Below, in pieces: positions 1 through 11,019 of a stretch of 64,000 bases of DNA; position 1 is the stretch's first letter, and each line of letters starts with the position of its first letter. The notes beneath the pieces are model-generated. The model was not told the DNA's origin and made no database searches. It was given only the letters and a program-made list of their open reading frames with translations. The position numbers were made by a program, and so were the translations under genes. This DNA comes from Octopus sinensis (taxonomy: Eukaryota), in assembly GCF_006345805.1 (NCBI RefSeq), contig NC_042997.1, forward strand, positions 128,402,001 through 128,466,000, given 5' to 3'.

Positions 1-395
1 CTCAAATACCAAAAGTATTGTAAAATATAGTTTTATTGAAGCTAGAAAACGTCATATACTGTTATTCAGCATTTCACATAACTGATTATCAGGCAGAAGT
101 GAACCTTTGGAACAATAAGACAGCTTATAGATATATACGTTTGTTTATAGATGCATGCGCACACACAAATGTACACATACACACGCACTACTTGGATTTA
201 TCCTCTCTAATCACCCTCTTATTCATTACATCTGTAATAAAGAATTCAGCCTGAATTTTTGGCTAATTCATATTTTGTTAATTATAAATTTTGATTTGCT
301 AAAGATCAGCTGTCTTAAATAATCAATAACAGATCAATTAATGCAGCAATTTGTGCCTCTAACTTCATTTATTAAACTCACTAACAAACCAAAGT

Positions 396-518
396 CAGAA
401 GTTGGGGTAGGTTCCTTTATGCAGGCACTTTTGTTAAATTTGGTAGCAAAATCTCTCTAAGACCACACCTTATTACCTTAAGAAAGAATAATATATTAGG
501 TAATTATAGTAAGCTAGG
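396..518 (+). mobile_element. Decayed fragment of a dispersed repeat family (...aaatctccctcaaaccacacc...cttaaaaaagaagga...)
   Basis: Similar by eye to copies at ~20290-20460, ~39830-40060 (-), ~56130-56280 and ~63285-63380. Confidence 0.45.
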
Positions 519-712
519 TGCTAATGTAATTAATTTACTGCACCAAAAAGAAAAAAAAAAAGAAATTGGTCAAAATTATATCCATTGTGAAGAGAAATTC
601 ATTATCTTAAACAATTCTAATCAAGAAAGGCAAGGGGGAAAACTCTCGAAATCAAATTAATTAAAATTATTCAAAATTCAAATGCAGTGAAAACCTAGTC
701 TAATCTTTAGCA

Positions 713-743
713 AACATGTTTCTGTTTGATCAGACCTCATCAG
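713..743 (-). ncRNA. Decayed minimal type-I hammerhead ribozyme-like motif (Penelope-associated type)
   Basis: Minus strand reads CTGATGA-GGTCTGATCAAACA-GAAA-CATGTT. Stem II is two substitutions from the palindrome GGTCTGATCAGACC and stem III is the palindrome ACATGT. Stem I is not supported. Confidence 0.3.
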
Positions 744-2176
744 TGGAGTATAGTCTATTCATTACTGCCATATCTTAGATGATTAGAAAGAATATATAAA
801 AATTCAGTGAATGAACATTAAGAAGTATTAACTTTACAAAATGATCTGAGGAAAAAAACGTCCCAAAAGATGGAATGGTCATGGCTGGAACACCTTTGAG
901 CATTCGTTGGTTGGCTAACAGTTGACCAAGGGCTAAGAAGCAACAACAACAATACTCAAAATATAACTCCACTTTTTCCACAACTCTGAAGTGTTTCCTT
1001 CTGGTAGACTTACAGTTTTCTTTTCAAAATGGCACAACAATATTGAGGTTGGCTTATGTTTTGGGAGATAGCCAATTTTGTTTTATTCCTTTAATATTTC
1101 CATCAATTACTAACCCTGATATTATTGGTAAGTTATGTTTATCAGAAATGTATTTTAAAAATTCTGCTCATCTGTCTGAGACTGTCTCTAAATCTCTCTT
1201 TCTTTTCTCTTCTACTTATGTTTGAAGATTTTGTTTTAGCTGATTATAGGTGAGCTGATAATATATATAAGAAAAGAAAAGCAACAACAGAAAAAAAAAG
1301 CAACAACGAAAGAAGCAAACTTTTAGATGAGAGAGAAATATATCAAAAGTAAAATATGAAGTTTGCTCTCATTCTCAGTTTCTAACAGGTTATTTGAAGG
1401 TAAATTACAATCCTTAGTGTCTACTAAGTTATTATATGAAACAGAAAACAAAGTGGAATCAGAAGAAATTTCTAGACATTAAAATGAGGGAAATTAGATT
1501 CTCATGGTAATCTATTTAAGATCTGAAATCATATAGAATCTCTCTGTCATTTCGTTCACCTTTATCTCTCCTACAATTTTTTTCTTTGTGTGTGTGTGCG
1601 CGTGCGTACGTGCATGCATGCATGTGTGAGTGTGAGTGCATATGTGTGCGTGTGTTCATATGAGGTTTTCAAAAGGAGAATAGTTGAAAAAAAAAATGAA
1701 TAGTTTGTTAGTGTGAGGTGAAGGTTCAATTATAATTACACTGCTAAAAGTCTATGAACTATACAACATTATTGAAGCTGAGAATTGGTGGAGGTTGTAG
1801 AATGAAAAGAAGGTAAAAGAAAATATTGATTTACTGCGTTGACTAGAGAGAGAGAGAGAGAGAAAAGTGGGGGAGATAAAGGTGTGTGTGTTGTAGTATG
1901 ATTACTGATGAGAGAAGACTCTTAGAATGAATTTAATCACCATAAAACAATATATGGAAGAAGGGAGAATAGAGGTAACTATTAAACATTTAACATTGAA
2001 AGGGAGGTGATAGTATAATGTTCTTTTATTTCAAATAGTTATAAAGGAAATATAGGATTTTATAGAAGGAACAAGAATGCTTCACTTGTAACTGGTTTCA
2101 ATTTTAAAAGTCTGAATTAAATTTATGAAGTTTTTTTTATATAACTTGTTTTATGTGTGGATGGATACCATTTCAG

Positions 2177-2215
<39 letters not shown>

Positions 2216-2659
2216 CAGAGAGAGTTAGCATCTCTCATGTATTTATATAATCATCTCAGTAATATATTTAAGATATTATTACAGATCTATCCATATTTAT
2301 CATCTCAGTTATATATTTAAGATGTAATCTTTGTAGTTTATCTATTTTATCATCACAGTTATATAAACATGTATCTGTAATCTCAGTTATAGATATAATC
2401 TCTGTGATATATCCATATGATTTCTATCATTGCATTCATTTAGATAACTTTATAATCTCAGTTATATAACAAAGATAACATCTTAGTTCATATGAACACC
2501 CACCCCTATGTAATATGAGGTAACCATGTATCCTTTACAGCAGTTCAACACCTGGTGTAAAGCTACTTCCCCATCTCAAATACACCCCTCCACACATACA
2601 CTTAATTGTGGGTGCATTTTCCATTTCCTTTCTCCCTGATCTTTTTAGTGTTGCAAGAT

Positions 2660-2862
2660 ACTTGGCACCTCACTAGTGCTGGTGGCATGCAAGGAGGTAC
2701 CCAGTACACACTGTAAAATGGTTGACATTAGGAATAGCATCCCGCTATAGAAACCACGCCAAAACTAACACTGGAGCTCAGCACAGCCCTGTGGCTTACC
2801 AGATTCTGTCAAATCACCCTACCCATTCCAGCACAGAAAATGGATGTTAAATGATGGTGATG
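2660..2862 (+). mobile_element. RTE-LINE/SINE shared 3' tail copy ending in (GAT)n
   Basis: ...gcatccc gctatagaaacc...acccattccagcacagaaaatggatgttaaatgatggtgatg matches the 3' end of the LINE at 7900-8070. Confidence 0.8.
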
Positions 2863-2975
2863 CTTATATATGTGTTTGTGTGTGTGTGTGTGAGTGATTC
2901 GTTTTACTTGCATATTCAGACACCAGCTCAGTTATATATATAATCTCAGATTTATACTTAAGATATAATTATATC

Positions 2976-3014
<39 letters not shown>

Positions 3015-3111
3015 ATAAAAATATTATCTTGAATATCACTATTTATAATCCTCATAACATGTGTATTTTATGTATATGATATACACATGTAACATATGGA
3101 TATTATTTAGG

Positions 3112-3170
<59 letters not shown>

Positions 3171-3172
<2 letters not shown>

Positions 3173-3375
3173 CATAATCATCATCAATTTAACATCCATG
3201 TTCCAGGTTGGTATGGGTTGGACGGTTTGACAAGATCTAATGGGCACAAAGACTGCAAATTTGCTTCAGTGTCTGTTTTGCCATGGTTTCTGCTGCTGGA
3301 CACTCTATCTGACACTAACCACTTTACAACATGTATTGAGTGTTTCATTCATTCCTTCAGTACTAGTGAGACTGG
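3171..3375 (-). mobile_element. RTE-LINE/SINE shared 3' tail copy (inverted relative to 2660-2862)
   Basis: catcatcaatttaacatccatgttccaggttggtatgggttggacggtttgac is the reverse complement of the tail. Confidence 0.8.
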
Positions 3376-3594
3376 CGTGCAAGTTGCAAGCCCATAAACC
3401 TCAAGGTGGGTAACTTTATACTAGGAGACAAGGGGTAAAAGTATGGGAGAAGAGGCCAGAGTAGAACAGTTGTCTTGTCATAAGGAAGCTATATAACTAC
3501 CCATACATATTCAAGTTATGAGTCATGATTAAATAATCAAGGTAGACAACAGAATTAAAAAAGTAAACTGGTATTATATATATATATATTATAT

Positions 3595-3638
<44 letters not shown>

Positions 3639-4209
3639 GAGAGAGAGAGAGAGAGGTAAACATTCAGAAAAAAGAAGTTGAAAGGTTGTACATATGCATG
3701 TAAACAAACAAACATTATTCTATACAGAACATAGAAGGTACAGATATTTGTATTAAAAGAATTGTATTTACATACAAACACACACGCACGCATGCACACA
3801 CACACACATATCTTCATTATTCCATTTTATACAGTCACATCAAATATGTCTTGTAAAAGTAGCTTAGTCTTTTGAGACAAACACGCACACATTGTAACAT
3901 AGACTTGCATACTTTCAGTAGCAGTTTAATTTCTGCCTCATGAAAATTATATTTCTTGTATTATGACGCCAAACCCACAAACATGCAATTAATAGCATTA
4001 CACTTAGTATATACATTGATGTTCAAAGCAGCAGATATTGACTGTCTAGCATCAAAACATTCACTGAGAGATATACTCTGAATTCTATACATTAAATTAG
4101 CATTTGTATACTAAATTGGAAAATATTTTACATTTTATAAATAATTGATATTTATTTATTTATTTTAGTCTGGGTAGGAACTGCTTACCTTGCCTACTCT
4201 AGCAGCATA

Positions 4210-4640
4210 CATCGTCACCATTGCCTTATCACCCACTTTTCCATGCTGGCATGGCTCAGAATTTGTTGAAGTAAATTTTTTGCAGCAGGATGCCCTTCCT
4301 GTTGTCAACCCACACCTGTTTTCTAAGCAAGGAAATATTTTCTCATGATTGTATGTTCTCAAAGATGAGTGTAAATGTACAACACTGCTTGTATGATGTT
4401 GATGTTTATCTACTGTTATTGCATGATGCCAAAACAAGGAAAGTCACTCACATTCCCAGGCACACACACACATGCACACACACACAACCAGTTTCTTTCA
4501 GTTTTGTCTTACAAATCCACTTACAATACCTTTTGCCGATCCAGGATTGTAAAAGAAAACACTTGTCCAAGGTGTCATATAGTGGGACTGAACCAGAAAG
4601 TAGGAAGCAAACTTCTTAATCACACAGCCATGCCGATATA
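4210..4640 (-). mobile_element. tRNA-headed SINE (head + internal CA tract + body + RTE-type tail)
   Basis: Reverse complement of head ggcatggctgtgtgattaagaagtttgcttcc...ggttcagtcccactatatgacaccttggacaagtgt, and tail motif ggatgcccttcctgttgtcaacc. Confidence 0.75.
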
Positions 4641-4660
4641 CATACATGCATACACACATA

Positions 4661-5500
4661 TATATATCAAAAGAAACTGGAATTTTGCAATATTATTTTA
4701 TTCACTTAGTTTTACATGTTTACACTTTTATCCCCATCAAAGTGTTCTCCATTTGAAGCATTGCACCGGTCCAGACGTTTATTCCACTGTTTGAAGTAGT
4801 GCCAGAACTCTTGTGACGCAATGCCTTTTAACTCACCCATCATTTTTTCTTCACCTCTTCCACAACAGCAAATTCTGTAGCACCAGCTTTCATCACCAGT
4901 TCATGACACACATTCAGTCATGACTGCTTTTGAGCTGCCATGAACAAGTGAGGCACATATTTTGCTGCAACTCTTTTCATTTGCAATTCCTCACTCAAAA
5001 TTCGTTGGTAGGAGCTCCAGGACACACCAGTCATATCAATTGTTCAGTGACAGTCCTCCAAGACCAGTTCATGAATTTTCATGATGTTTTCATTCTTTCA
5101 GGAGGTTGCTGGCTGTCTTGAACAAGGTTGGTTTTCAAGCAACAAGTGGCCATTCCTAAAGTGTGTAAGCCACTCATAAACTGGTGTTATGCTCATGGCA
5201 ACATCCTTGTAAGCTGCATGAAGCATAACAGCCATTTCAACTGCTGTTTTTCCCAGCAGAATACAGAATTACACAGAAGCATGCTGTCCCTTCTTTTTAG
5301 CCATTGCAAAAAATTGACAAACTAGGGAGAAGCTCTGCAAAGCAGACACACCACATAGCTGTACAACCTCAGAGGACACCACTAGTTGGCAGGCTGATGC
5401 CTGAGGGTTGCATCAAGTGGCTTCTAGCAGCAGAAGCTGGAACTACGACGGGCTTATCCAACAGAGAACGTTTCCAGTTACTTTTGGGTACCTCCTCCTA
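4661..5500 (-). mobile_element. Internally deleted, decayed mariner-family DNA transposon
   Basis: Minus strand from 5304: MAKKKGQHASV*FCILLGKTAVEM...VYEWLTHFRNG...SWSSYQRILSEELQMKRVAAKYVPHLF..., joined near 4897 to a C-terminal FAVVEEVKKK...FKQWNKRLDRCNASNGE. TIR 5473-5500 (taggaggaggtacccaaaagtaactgga) with a partial match at 4667-4681. Confidence 0.85.
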
Positions 5501-5574
5501 TATACACACATACATGTGCACGTACACACGCACATACACATATGTATGTGTTTGTGTGTGTATAAATAAATATG

Positions 5575-5725
5575 GCATGACTGTGTGGTTAAAGAGCTTA
5601 CTTCCCAACAATGAAGTTTTAGGTTCTGTCCCCGTGTGGCACTTTGGGCAAGTGTTTTTACTATGGTCCCAGGCGAACCAAAGCTCTGTGAGTGGATTTG
5701 ATAGATAAAAATTGAAAGAAGCCCA
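5575..5725 (+). mobile_element. tRNA-headed SINE 5' half
   Basis: ggcatgactgtgtggttaaagagcttacttcccaac...ctttgggcaagtgtttttactat...gtgagtggatttgatagataaaaattgaaagaagccc. Confidence 0.8.
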
Positions 5726-5852
5726 AGGAAATGGAGTAAGTAGTAGGTATGACATATGTTTCAAAAGACATTAAATGAATTTTACATAACTTTAAAATTC
5801 TCGTCACTTTCATGTCCATTATCATAAAAGTATTCACCAAGAGAAATGAGGT

Positions 5853-6248
5853 AAAAATTCATACAATTTCAACAGTGGATGTTGAAATGGAGGCATGAAA
5901 AAGGTCAAGCACCCTTTCGTATTGCTGCCTTAGAAACAATCTTCAGTGAAGTGGGAAAATGTATAGCTTTAAGACAGTTAGTTCCTCATCTGTATGAATG
6001 GAGTTTATAGGGTGGTTATGGAGAGTTCACCGGTGACTTGTATTATCACTATAATAATATTAGTCACTTATGAACTCTCTCCAGCCACACCATAAACTCT
6101 ATTCATGCAGATAAGGAACAGACTTTCTTAAAGCCATACTCCTTTCCACTTCATCAGAGTTTATTTTTAAAGAGGCAATATGATTTGTTGCTTGACCTTG
6201 TCATACGTGCACTCCCAATTCCACTGTTGAAATTGTATGAAATTTTTT
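5853..6248. mobile_element. Foldback/MITE-like palindromic element (~190-bp arms, 23-nt loop)
   Basis: aaaaattcatacaatttcaacagtgga pairs with tccactgttgaaattgtatgaaattttt. Internal blocks ggtcaagca/tgcttgacc, gttcctcatctg/cagataaggaac and gtgact/agtcac also pair. Confidence 0.85.
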
Positions 6249-6711
6249 CCTTTCTTTTGGTAAATTCTTTTACAAAAATAAATCTGGAAGCAACAGGTAG
6301 AAAAGCACCTGATGACAAAGAACACTGAACATCTATGAAGCATCTTTAAGTTAAATAATATTCATTTGGTGTGTCTTCTGAAACATATGCAGTACAGAAC
6401 TACCTACTCCATTCCCTTCAACCACAGATTCATTATTGCATTATTAGTATCTTTTGCCATTATATACTGGAGTTGTCTAGTGATAGTCATCTTATTTAAA
6501 TTTCTAATTTGATATGGGACATGAATATATATTGATTGATAGGCTTTATTGATTGATTATCATCTACTTTGTGTCATCAATACAAGCCTTGTCTGTATTT
6601 GAAGCTAACCAATTGTTTATACTTCAACCATTTTGGATCTCCCTAATTTATGTATGTATAAATGTGTGCAGGTGTGTGTGTGTGTGTATGTTTTTGACCT
6701 TCTCTATGATC

Positions 6712-6826
6712 AGGTGTGGCTGTGTGGTAAGAATCTTGCTTCCCAATCACATGGTTCCAGGTTTAGTGCCTCTGCATGGCCCTTTGGGCAAGTGTCTTCT
6801 ACTATAACCTTGGGCTGACTAATACC
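6712..6826 (+). mobile_element. tRNA-headed SINE head, truncated and joined to a LINE fragment
   Basis: gtgtggctgtgtggtaagaatcttgcttcccaatcacatggttccaggtttagtgcc...gggcaagtgtcttctactataacc, with decayed A/B boxes. Confidence 0.8.
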
Positions 6827-8070
6827 TAATGAGTAGAGACTCCATAAGATGTACCTTGTGTAAGCTATGGACACATAAGAGGTGTAGCAATATCAAAGAA
6901 AGGCTAAATAGGAAAGTAGTTTTTGTGTGTGGCAAATGCTCAGGGGGCAATAAACACAGAAAATGTGCAGAAAACAGCTTCCATCACATGCCAAGGGGAA
7001 AAAAACTAGAAGTAGTTGATAGCTTCCATTACTTGGGTGTCCAAGTCAGTAAGAGGGGGTGGATGCTCTGAGAGTGTAGCTCTAGAATAAGAATAGCCAG
7101 AACAAAGTTCAGAGAACTCCTACCTCTGTTGATGACAAAGGGCTTCTCGCTCAGAGTAAAAGGTAGACTGTATGATGCATGTGTATGAACAGCCATGCTA
7201 CATGGCTGTGAAATATGGGCTGTGACTGTTGAGGACATGTGTAATCTTGCAAGGAATGAAGCTAGTATGCTCCGCTAGATGTGTAACGTCAGTGTGCATA
7301 CACGACAGAGTGTAAGCGCCCTGGGAGAAAAGTTGGACATAAGAAGCATCAGATGTGGTGTGCAAGAGAGACGACTGTGCTGGTATGATCATATGTTGCA
7401 TATGGATGAGGACAGCTGTGTAAAAAAGTGTCACACCCTAGCAGTAGAGGGAACTTGTGGAAGAGGTAGACCTAGGAAGAGCTGGGATGAGGTGTTGAAG
7501 CACAACATTTGAACGTTGGGCCTCACCAAGGTGATGACAAGTGACCGAGACCTTTGGAGATATGCTGTGCTTGAGAAGACCTGGCAAGCCAAGTGAGACC
7601 ATAACCATGGCCAATGCCAGTGCAGCATAACCAGCCCATTTAAGAGCACCCTTCAATCATTGGGCAATAAACTGCGCTTGCAAAGACCTGTTGAGTCAAG
7701 TGAAGTCATTGTCATGGCAGATGCCAGTACTGCCTGAGTGGCACCCATGCCGGTGTCACATAAAAATAACCATTCAAACGTGGTCATTGTTAGTGCTACC
7801 TGATTGGCTCTCATGCTGGTGGCACGTAAAAACCACCATTCAAGCGTGGTCAATGCCAGTACTGCATAACTGGCCCTCATGCTGGTGGCATGTTAAAAGC
7901 ACCCACTACACCCTCAGAGTGGCTGGCTTTAAGAAAGGCATCCAGCTGTAGAAACTTTGCCAGATCAGATTGGAGCCTGGTGTAGCCTTCTGGCTTGCCA
8001 GCCCTCAGTCAAACCATCCAACCCATGCCAGCATGGAAAGTGGACGTTAAACGACAACGACAATGATGAT
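6827..8070 (+). mobile_element. 5'-truncated RTE-clade LINE (RT C-terminus, 3' UTR with 66-bp tandem units, (GAT)n tail)
   Basis: SIRCTLCKLWTHKRCS...CGKCSG; KKLEVVDSFHYLG; KFRELLPLL..KG.SLRVKGRLYDAC; MCNVSV...RRLCWYDHMLHMDED...GRGRPRKSWDEV. Stop at 7594-7596; frameshifts present. Confidence 0.92.
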
Positions 8071-8073
8071 GAG

Positions 8074-8138
<65 letters not shown>

Positions 8139-8662
8139 AGAAAAAGTCATTAAATAGTGCAAGACAGTAGTATTGCTTCCTAGTAAAAGAAAGCACCATC
8201 AAATTGTGTGTGTGTGTGTATAAGCACACACTTGCCCATTCATTAAAACAAACTGTGCTTTACAAAACAGAAGACTAGATATGGTTTTTGTTGATAAAGA
8301 AACTACCAAACATTAAATAATCATCACTGTTATATATATAAAGACAACACTTTTACCTTTAAAGAATTTTGATAAAATTGGTAAGTACTCTGAAGTTAGG
8401 TTAGAACTCCCAAGACGCTGTCAAAGAAGGGCAGATGTGAAAAGAACAATAGTCAGAGAAACTCAGCACAATTTTCTGAAAGCTTTCATTCTACCATAAA
8501 CAACTTCAAATAAAAATAACACCATACAAAAATATCAATGTTGGTCAGAATTGCTAATATTCTAAGAAAAATATTTTCTGTGTGAAGTCTTCAGATGTTA
8601 CAGAGAGAAGTATTATTTTCATTTCCAATGTCTACACTGTGTATTCAGCCATTAACAAATTT

Positions 8663-8677
8663 TTATTATTATTATTG

Positions 8678-8754
<77 letters not shown>
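8663..8754. repeat. Compound microsatellite (ATT)n(AGT)n
   Basis: Directly visible; explains the poly-L/poly-V ORF 8582-8788. Confidence 0.95.
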
Positions 8755-8755
<1 letters not shown>

Positions 8756-8949
8756 ATTTCTTGTATTTGCCTGCAGGGCAATGGCTGATGGGGACAGTTG
8801 ATAAATTACAAGGACAAAGATAATTGTGGCAATTTATATACGAAGTTGAATGTGTAAAAAGAAAAATTTAGGTGAACTACAATAAATTTTTAAAAAGGAT
8901 GAAATATAAGGATAAGATATTCAAATAATGAAAATGTGATACTTCCCTT

Positions 8950-9100
8950 CTGATACAAGAAGATGTCCAACAAGGCTGATTGAGGAACTCTGCAGATCCA
9001 AGATCACATTGAACACCAAGGGCAAGGACCCTCTCTAAACATCTTACTGTGATTTATAAGTACATACTTAGAGTTGTCCCACCCACTCTTGGTATCTTCA
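8950..9100 (-). mobile_element. Possible RT domain remnant (LSPLLFN-like motif)
   Basis: Minus strand GSLPLVFNVILD at ~9030-8997; heavily decayed. Confidence 0.3.
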
Positions 9101-9429
9101 TAACTCACTCACATCTAAACAAATTCACTTGAAGACAGCACCTCCTTTTCTGCCTTCCCATTTCCCAAGTGAAACTTGAAACTGTTATTGACTACAAGGT
9201 ACCAAGATATTAAACAGAGTACCTGGATTAAATACAGAACAGTGGGTATTAAGACTGATTAAGCAAAAGGAAATCACACATACAGTTGATTGTGAAGATC
9301 TCCAATAAGGGGTAGAAACCATCCAAAATAATTCAGGGCATCCCATACAAAGCCCAAATGACATTGATTCATAGACTGTTTAACAATCTTCTGTATTCTT
9401 TTTAAAACTTTTTCATGTACATGCTACAA

Positions 9430-9960
9430 CATATACAGATAATTGAATGCACAAGGATCCTTGAGCACATTCCCAGCAGCTGTCAGACAATGCTGGCTGT
9501 AGGGTGCTATCACCAATGCCACAGCAAGATCCTGAGGGTTGTAGTAGACACCAGAATAGGAATGTTAATCTAACACTTCTGCACAATGCTGGTGTGATGG
9601 TGATAATGTCAATTGCCTGAACTACCTCCATAAGCTTGCTTTTTCAGGTTGACTTGTAGCTGAAGGTCCCAGAAATGTTACCGCAACATTGTCAAGGTTG
9701 CACATGGTGCTGATTTCAGAAGCATCCAAGCAGGTGATTCTGTTAGAAGTCTCTGTTCCCTATGAGAACTTTAATGGAAAGGCAAATGAGAGGAAGATCA
9801 AAATATACTGCGCTGGTGGAATTATGTCAAAACAATGAGTGGTAATGATCCCATTGAGATAGGATGCAAAGGGATAAAAGGCCAGCTCCTCTGCATAGCC
9901 TAAAACATGAGTAGAAAGCTATCAAGTTGGCTAAGTGGGTAGTAGAGTTTGCTTCAGTGT
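9430..9960 (+). mobile_element. Hero/R2-group (RLE-type) non-LTR retrotransposon 3' remnant
   Basis: LEHIPSSCQTMLAVGCYHQCHSKIL (CCHC-knuckle/RH region), HMVLISEASKQVILLEVSVPYE...ANERK and PIEIGCKG, matching the PD..ELTVPWE..ERK..KY..PIEVGCRG restriction-like endonuclease pattern. Confidence 0.75.
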
Positions 9961-11019
9961 GTCCCCCCTATTCCCATCTCAAAATACATGGATACTTGTC
10001 CCTCCTGTATTGTCTTTTAGCTTTTGTTTGTTGTGTTCACTATGTGTGTGTGTGTGCATACACACACACACACGCGTGCGTGCATAGGATATCAATCTCA
10101 TAAATTTATTGTTTTTCTTTCATTTCAAATTTTCTTACATATACAATGTTATGCATAATGTCATAAGCCACTAATTTTGCACCTGAGTAAAATCACACCA
10201 GCTGAATGTATTACCTGTGTATGCCACACTTACATATATATATATATATCATAGCTGTTACTTTGTTGAAGAGTTTTATGTATTATTATATAAAAATATT
10301 TGCATTAATGTTGTGTGTGTATTTATACATACGTACATATATGTATGTGTGTGTGTGTGTGTGTGTCAGCATATACACACACATGAAAATTATCAATCTC
10401 AGTTGTAGATCTATTGTTTGTCTTTGATCTCTAATTGTCCAACATACAAATAACATTATGCATATTGCTGTATACCACAATTTCTTTTATATATCACTCC
10501 TGTGTAAATCACACTTGTATATGTCTTACCTATGTATGTCACACCTATTCATATATCACACCTATTTATATATTACACCTGCCACCTAACAGGAGAAATT
10601 GGTTTACTGTTATGTAAAAATATCAAGTCTGTGCCATTGTGGTGCACAACAATTTGTTAAGTAAAGAAGATATATTGCAAAAAAAGAAAAGGAAAAAGTT
10701 AATAGAAATTATGTTTGACAATTAGTACATTTAATTGTTTATAGATATTGATTACATATTTTGATGCTTAATACAAATTATATTGATTCTGTTGTTTACT
10801 CTATCTGATGTATATCTATAATGCAGTACAGTGCATTTGAGTGTAGTACATAGCAGTATATATAGAACTATAAAGTACAGGACATACAATAGTGTACCAT
10901 ATAGCACAGCGTACTACCAAGCAGTGCAGTACTATGAATTACAATATGTTATTGTATTTTATGGTTTGCACTGTTTTGTAGTCATATGATACTGGCATAC
11001 CCTCAGTGTTGAGTATGAG

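Larger units (their letters stand above)
2178..3635. repeat. Cluster of (TA)n arrays (2178-2211, 2979-3010, 3115-3168, 3575-3635) plus a degenerate ATCTCAGTTATATA-type minisatellite (2230-2490, 2925-2975)
   Basis: Directly visible. Confidence 0.85.

Noticed and set aside
1389-1399. 11-nt microexon-like CAG|GTTATTTGAAG|GTAAAT, and TAG|GTGAGC at 1248-1255
   Set aside because: Moderate signals only; such motifs are expected by chance in this AT-rich sequence and cannot be chained to other exons
4165-4794. ORFs 4165-4437, 4290-4619 and 4375-4794, and similar ORFs at 13966-14235, 54209-54533, 58254-58739
   Set aside because: They lie in SINE/retro-tail copies and have no protein motifs
5575-5660. 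tRNA-like A/B-box sequences here and at other SINE heads
   Set aside because: Part of SINEs; no cloverleaf or anticodon arm could be built, so not called tRNA genes
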